This document shows, piece by piece, positions 63,546-64,000 of a stretch of DNA of 64,000 nt. The first letter of the stretch is position 1; every line of letters begins with the position of its first letter. This DNA comes from Flavobacterium sp. (GTDB lineage: Bacteria > Bacteroidota > Bacteroidia > Flavobacteriales > Flavobacteriaceae). A program made the translations under genes and the position numbers. Where the stretch lies: contig NZ_JAQSDH010000006.1 of assembly GCF_029945805.1 (NCBI RefSeq), positions 9,562 to 73,561 of the forward strand, in the 5' to 3' direction. The notes beneath the pieces were generated by a model, which saw only the letters and a program-made list of their open reading frames with translations, searched no databases and was not told the origin of the DNA.

Positions 63546-64000
63546 TAAAAATCAACAAGAATAATTTTATCAGAGTCGAATTTAGAGATTTTTAAATGAA
63601 ATATGGAGATAATAATGTCCAAAGCAGCTTTGAGATCGTTTGACGGAAGTATACCGCTAAAAAGTTGTGTATTTTCTTTACCGTTCAAAATAATTTCAAT
63701 ATCATACTGTCTTTCTAATTCATCAACAACAGTATGAATATTCACTTTTTGGAAAGCAATTTCATTATTAGTCCACTCCGGTTTTGCTACATTAATGTCT
63801 TGCTTGTCGAAGAAATCATTTTCAAAAGTCACCGACATACCTTTGGTTATAATGACTTCCTGAGTTTTATGTTGAATGCTAACTTTTCCTTGGTAGCATG
63901 TTACTTCAAACCTGTCTTTCCGAGCTTTAACATTGAACTGTGTTCCTAAAACAGTTACCGTTCCAAGTTTTGTTTCAACTTCAAATTTTTTTCCATGAGC
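63545..64000 (-). CDS. FecR-family anti-sigma/sensor protein, N-terminus outside window
   Basis: Own extension of the track ORF. The frame is open to position 64000: AHGKKFEVETKLGTVTVLGTQFNVKARKDRFEVTCYQGKV..., the FecR signature (V.VLGT.FNV). Confidence 0.75.
   Translation of the reverse strand, partial: AHGKKFEVETKLGTVTVLGTQFNVKARKDRFEVTCYQGKVSIQHKTQEVIITKGMSVTFENDFFDKQDINVAKPEWTNNEIAFQKVNIHTVVDELERQYDIEIILNGKENTQLFSGILPSNDLKAALDIIISIFHLKISKFDSDKIILVDF

Noticed and set aside
1-64000. Defence islands, CRISPR-Cas, restriction-modification, retrons, DGRs, integrative elements, rRNA and tRNA genes
   Set aside because: I looked for the hallmark proteins (reverse transcriptase, Cas, methyltransferase/endonuclease, integrase other than xerD, transposase) and for RNA-gene-like GC-rich blocks. 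I found none. The window is mostly core chromosome.

Overview
AT-rich Bacteroidota chromosome segment, most likely Flavobacterium or a close Flavobacteriaceae relative. The taxon call rests on T9SS type A and type B C-terminal sorting domains, many CarboxypepD_reg/TonB-type outer-membrane proteins, TAnnTTTG promoter boxes, no visible Shine-Dalgarno sequences, and DUF4290-murA synteny. I count about 56 protein genes, and most are core housekeeping: murA, aroQ, xerD, rny, zapA, rpmE, mtaB, rpmH, carB, htpG, fabH, argS, a phospho-sugar mutase, an MsbA-like ABC exporter, and M23 and S9 peptidases. Among them are envelope and surface genes: four large TonB-type or DUF5686 barrels, an OmpA protein, a vWA lipoprotein, an FG-GAP T9SS cargo, a 1.5-kaa T9SS adhesin and a C1q-like fibre protein. 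I saw no rRNA, tRNA, CRISPR array, transposase, phage block or recognisable defence system, and I do not claim one. Five things are not explained by ordinary gene content. (1) The gene-poor 730-bp gap after carB holds a small HTH gene split by one in-frame TAA, and upstream of it lie 5.7 phased 21-bp iterons with conserved palindromic arms and variable centres. (2) A rod-like structured element of about 150 nt fills the zapA-rny spacer, in the same position relative to zapA as E. coli ssrS, so it is a 6S-like RNA or an rny leader. (3) Short word repeats run right up to start codons; the clearest case is ten TCTAA units at 8-10 nt spacing ending at the carB ATG. (4) A REP-like hairpin element with conserved termini occurs at two loci. 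(5) Several protein-level oddities: MurA with Asp at the fosfomycin-target Cys position, CarB without the allosteric domain, a half-size TSUP protein, a C1q-like head, and nine tandem Cys-bracketed modules in the adhesin. All family assignments come from reading motifs by eye. No database search was run.
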